From contig NC_058368.1 of the NCBI RefSeq assembly GCF_018350175.1, positions 102,922,001-102,986,000 of the forward strand: DNA of 64,000 bases, written 5' to 3'. Shown piece after piece: positions 59,805 through 64,000 of this stretch. Numbering within the stretch: the first letter of the stretch is position 1; each line of letters starts with the position of its first letter. The notes under the pieces were generated by a model, which did no database searches, was not told where the DNA came from, and saw only the letters and a program-made list of their open reading frames with translations. This stretch comes from Felis catus (Eukaryota). Both the position numbers and the translations under genes were made by a program.

Positions 59805-61807
59805 TGAAATTCACTTTTGAACAAAATTTAAAGTGACATGTTTTTGCACATTTTTGAATGGCTTTAAATTACATTTAGGAAAGAGCCATAAATATTTGCA
59901 TGAAAATGAAAGGGAGCTGCGCAAAATACAAATTTTCCATTAAGACTGCTTTTCTATTTTGACTCAGTGAAGGAAGTCAGTACCAACGCACAATTTCGTG
60001 GTTAGACTTAGGGGCATTTTCAAACAGGAGCCATATTAAAACAAAAAAAATCAGATTCCCAGAGTGGTTAAGCATCACGGCGTTAAATCATGGACTCTGG
60101 GGAAGTTTTCTGTTAAACGAAATACATGGTCGCATACAGCTTTCTATGAGAAGTGGCTGTTCAACAAACATTGACTGAATGAAACCACTGCCTAGGAGTA
60201 ATTACTTGGTGCTCTGCACTTAGAGAATGCATTTCTTCTCAGGGACCCAATCTGTTCTACCATGTGACAGGTAATTTGGCCTCAGAGCAAAGTGGGAGAC
60301 GTGGATAAAGGCTAGAACGAGGGGAGAAGACTGACCAGTGCCTTACAACCAGCGACTACAACTCACTCCATTGTGAATGTTGCAGATACCTGTCTCCCCA
60401 GTACTGCAAAAATCTTGCTACAGGTTATTTTGTTTATTTATTTTGTGAGATGAGGCATAACACGGAAGGACACAGGTGCTGTGCAAAATCGCCAGCTGTG
60501 TCAAGATGCAGGAAATACTGTTGAGGCTGAAGAGGGTGGGGATAGAGATCCTATTATTGGGCTTATGTCTTCGTCCTCTGTTGTCCCCTCTTATAGGCTC
60601 GCTCTCTCTCTCTCTCTCTCTGTCTCTCTTGTGCTGTGTCCACTGCCTCTGCCCCCCACCCCAGCCCCATTCTCTTCTTCTCCCACCTCCTGGGCTGAGC
60701 CCCCCTCTCTGTTTTCTCATGCAGGCACTCAGACTCAGATTGGAGGAGAGCTATAGCTCTGTAAATGGCCCGAGGGAGGGACGGGCTCACATTTCATTCT
60801 CCTGGAAATTTAGAATTACAAATTAATCTACAGGAAACAATTGCTTGAGCAATTTAAAACTGATGTGGGCAAGAGTCCACACAGTCCCCTTCCAGGGGAC
60901 GCCCAGGCAGAGTGAGGAGGTGGGGGGAACGGGGGGGGGGGGGGGGGGGGGGCTGTGCGTTGCTATTGTGTTCCTTCATGCAGGGCCTCACTGACAACAT
61001 TTTCGCTTCCTAGAAGGGTTAAGGAGGTAATTGAAAATGTTTATAGCATTATGCTTCTACTGCAGCTACGTTGGGTTTTGACTTGATGAAATTATCAGCT
61101 ATTTAACAGCCTTTTACGTTGTTGTGACTGCAACATTTTTATTTATACCTTAATGCAGAAACGCCAACTGTAGAATTTCTGTTTGCTAGTGGGGGCTGGG
61201 CGGTAAAAAGAAGCTCAGACAATGTGATACATACAAGACGTGCTCTCATGAGACAGGTGCTACTTTGGACTCTTTGGAAATTACTACAGCACTTAAATTA
61301 ATTGCGCGCGCGCGCTCTCTCTCTCTCACTTAGCATCTGCTGAAAATAATTGCTCGTGTGTAAAGACCTCGGATTCAGTGTTTTTAACACTGAAAGTCAC
61401 AAGCATCTTTACACTTTTTGGTTTATTCAGTTTTATTATATATGGTATGGTAGCAACATTTCAAGAAGTATTGATATAAAGTATTGATTTTTATATCAAA
61501 AGTAGTTTTCTCTGTTTTGAGAACTTTTGCAACGAGGAGTCACGGTTTTCCCCATCAGTTCCCTAAGAGTCCCATCAGAGGATAGGGTCAAGGTCTAGAT
61601 ACGGTCACTCTAACTTGTATATAATGAGACTTCATTACATAGCCAATATTTTAGGTGAGTTTTCTATTAGTAATTAGCATATTCTTACTATTATGACTCT
61701 TAGTGATGGTTAGCTTTTATTGATATCTCTTTCTTTACAACTCAAATCAAAGATGATCATGGAGAGTCTGAATGAAGTGAGAGTACTCAAGAAGCAGAGA
61801 TTTTTTT

Positions 61808-62025
61808 TTTTAATTTTTTTTTCAACGTTTATTTATTTTTGGGACAGAGAGAGACAGTGCATGAACGGGGGAGGGGCAGAGAGAGAGGGAGACACACAAT
61901 CGGAAACAGGCTCCAGGCTCTGAGCCATCAGCCCAGAGCCCGACGCGGGGCTCGAACTCACGGACCGCGAGATCGTGACCTAGCTGAAGTCGGACGCTTA
62001 ACCGACTGCGCCACCCAGGCGCCCC
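61808..62025 (-). mobile_element. Young SINEC_Fc
   Basis: TSD agaagcagagattttttt at 61790-61807 and 62026-62043. Confidence 0.97.
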
Positions 62026-62130
62026 AGAAGCAGAGATTTTTTTACAAGAGAAGGATCGGGGAGGCTTTTGGCATTGCTTGGGGGTTGGAGGAAAGGGTAT
62101 GATGTGAATGGACAGAGATGAGGGAAGAAC

Positions 62131-62639
62131 ATTTATTTTTTATTAAAAAACATTTTTTTTTTAAATTTTTTTTTTTTCAACATTTATTTATTTTTGGGAC
62201 AGAGAGAGACAGAGCATGAATGGGGGAGGGGCAGAGAGAGAGAGAGGGAGACACAGAATGGGAAACAGGCTCCAGGCTCTGAGCCATCAGCCCAGAGCCT
62301 GACGCAGGGCTCGAACTCATGGACCGCGAGATCCTGACCTGGCTGAAGTCGGACGCTTAACTGACTGCGCCACCCAGGCGCCCCTAAAAAAATTTTTTTT
62401 AATGTTTATTTTTTCAGAGAGAGACAGAGAGCAAGCAGGGGAGGGGCAAAGAGGGAGACGCAGAATCCAAAGCAGGCTCAGGCTCTGAGCTGCCAGCACA
62501 GAGTCTGAAGCAGGGTCAAATCCACAAACCACGAGACCATGACCTGAGCCGAAGTGGGATGCTTAACCCACTGAGCTACCCAGGCTCTCCAAAGAAGAAC
62601 TTTTTTTTAATGTTTATTTATTTATTTATTTTTAAGAGA

Positions 62640-62671
<32 letters not shown>

Positions 62672-62815
62672 CAGACAGAGAGAGAAGCCCAAGCAGGCTC
62701 TGCACTGTCAGTGCTGAGCCTGAAGCGGGGCTCAAACTCACAAACCACCAAATCATGACCTGAGCCAAAATCAAGAGTCACATATGCATAAGTGATGAGC
62801 CACCCAAGTGCCCCG
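62131..62815 (-). mobile_element. Three serially nested Can-SINEs (young about 62152-62384, middle about 62400-62590, old about 62601-62815)
   Basis: Three same-strand bodies; the left flank gatgagggaagaac is echoed by gaagaac near 62594 and gatgaggggaag near 62817. Confidence 0.9.
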
Positions 62816-64000
62816 GATGAGGGGAAGCCTTCTAATCACAGCTAGAACAAAGTGATGGTGAACAACGGTGTGCATGTAGGAGGCTGTGAAGAAGTACTGG
62901 GAAGTCTGTGGAAACTGAGTCACACAGGGAGAGAGGTATGCTGGGGAAAAGACTGCAGGGGAAGGCCAGGAAGGTGGATGGAGGCAGACGACCGATGACC
63001 TGGTACAACACAGGAAGTTTGAAACTCTTTGCTGGCTGGTGACAAGTCACTGAGGACACTGGAACACAGTGTATGGTGGCATATTGTCAATTTCCATCTC
63101 CCACCCCGGAAATATGAAAAACTTGAAGGAGGGGTTAGAAGATAGGCCAATGTGATTCAGCACCAATTCGTTCACTTCTGTGCTAAGACCAGAAAATACC
63201 TTAAAAACAGGGAAGCAGAGTGCCTTAGGACACATACTATAAAAGTTCTCATCGATTGGTCTTAAATTTCCTTTTTATGTCTTAATCGCACGAGCATCCC
63301 CATGTCTTTTCCTGTCTTTCTCTTCCCTTCTCTGCTGGCCACACCCCTCCCTCCTCTACTTTGCCTCAGAGGGACATTATCATCACCAACTTTTATGCAA
63401 CCCAGTTCCAAGTTTCTTAGATCCAAATATGTTTTTATGTGACTGGATGTGAGATAACATACGCTAACAATTTATTATTATTATTATTATTTTGCTTAGG
63501 TCCATAGCTCTATAATTCTAATCTTCTCACCTCTTAGAAATTCTGTTCCCCAGTTTAAAGAGCACCAATATCAAAAGAAGGGACACAGACGCTTTCAAAT
63601 AATCTATACCATTACATGCCTCTGATAGGAAATTAATAGCTCTAATCTTAGTTTCTAGTGGAACTGGCAACTTAAGGGACTCATTAGTTAACTAGCCCTT
63701 TTAATGACTGAAGCTTACCAAAGAGCACAGGGATTTTAGCTTTATGTTCAAAGCTCTGTTTCAAAATAGAAGGAAGGTGTTTGCTGAACCAGCCAGCTTA
63801 TCCTCAGTCATGAATGTATCTCTCACTCAAAATTATCCCTGCTTTCCTCACATTACTATTTGTCTGCTGGTGAATTCCTTGCTACACACTTTGTTTCCAT
63901 GGACAACTCACTAATATATTCAGTCTTTCTACCAGGAAAGAACATAAAACACAACATGACTTTTATACAGTATTTTTTATTTATAAAATTGACCTTTTGC

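Noticed and set aside
508..62102. Recurrent ORF family GQRETEHERGRGRERGRHRIGNRLQALSHQPRARRGARTHGPRDRDLAEVGRLTDCATQAP (e.g. 508, 11528, 12507, 15711, 28958, 29746, 57471, 61839)
   Set aside because: These are antisense readings of SINEC_Fc copies, not a gene family; each lies on a SINE body.
561..62815. SINE strand skew (about 28 minus vs 15 plus) as evidence of a + strand host gene
   Set aside because: Inflated by same-strand nesting, and the large L1s are on +, which points the other way; not reliable.
1..64000. CRISPR array, operon or prokaryote-type system
   Set aside because: Mammalian DNA; the repeated units are dispersed SINEs and STRs, with no repeat-spacer periodicity and no cas-like ORFs.

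Overview
This is repeat-rich, essentially non-coding mammalian genomic DNA from a felid, most likely Felis. About 43 Can-SINE copies are present, and 11 carry the young SINEC_Fc signature GGCTGAAGTC(G/A)GACGCTTAA(C/T)CGACTGCGCC. I recognise no intact protein-coding gene, RNA gene or CRISPR array. The only ORFs with recognisable homology are decayed Tigger1 transposase (3.1-5.1 kb) and L1 ORF2 (35.5-38.5 kb); most of the others are chance readings of SINEs or microsatellites. The rest is MaLR/ERVL/ERV1 solo LTRs, hAT MITEs (MER5A, MER58), L2/MIR relics, STRs and several repeat-poor stretches that look like enhancer-type non-coding DNA. The most notable items are: (1) a TSD-bounded, 5'-truncated SINE carrying 47 nt of foreign sequence plus a second poly(A), an apparent SINE 3' transduction (54.15-54.33 kb); (2) a compact orphan promoter with 3 NRF1-type sites, 3 GC boxes, ETS and YY1 motifs (18.8-19.0 kb); (3) a probable decayed class III retroviral RNaseH-integrase relic holding a tandem E-box cluster (10.2-10.7 kb); (4) candidate minus-strand micro-exons (50.2-50.45 kb); and (5) nested or inverted SINEs, a microsatellite born inside a TSD, and template-switch-like micro-rearrangements. 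Repeat subfamily names come from recalled consensus sequences, not database searches, and boundaries of old repeats are approximate. I found no evidence of a new multi-gene system.
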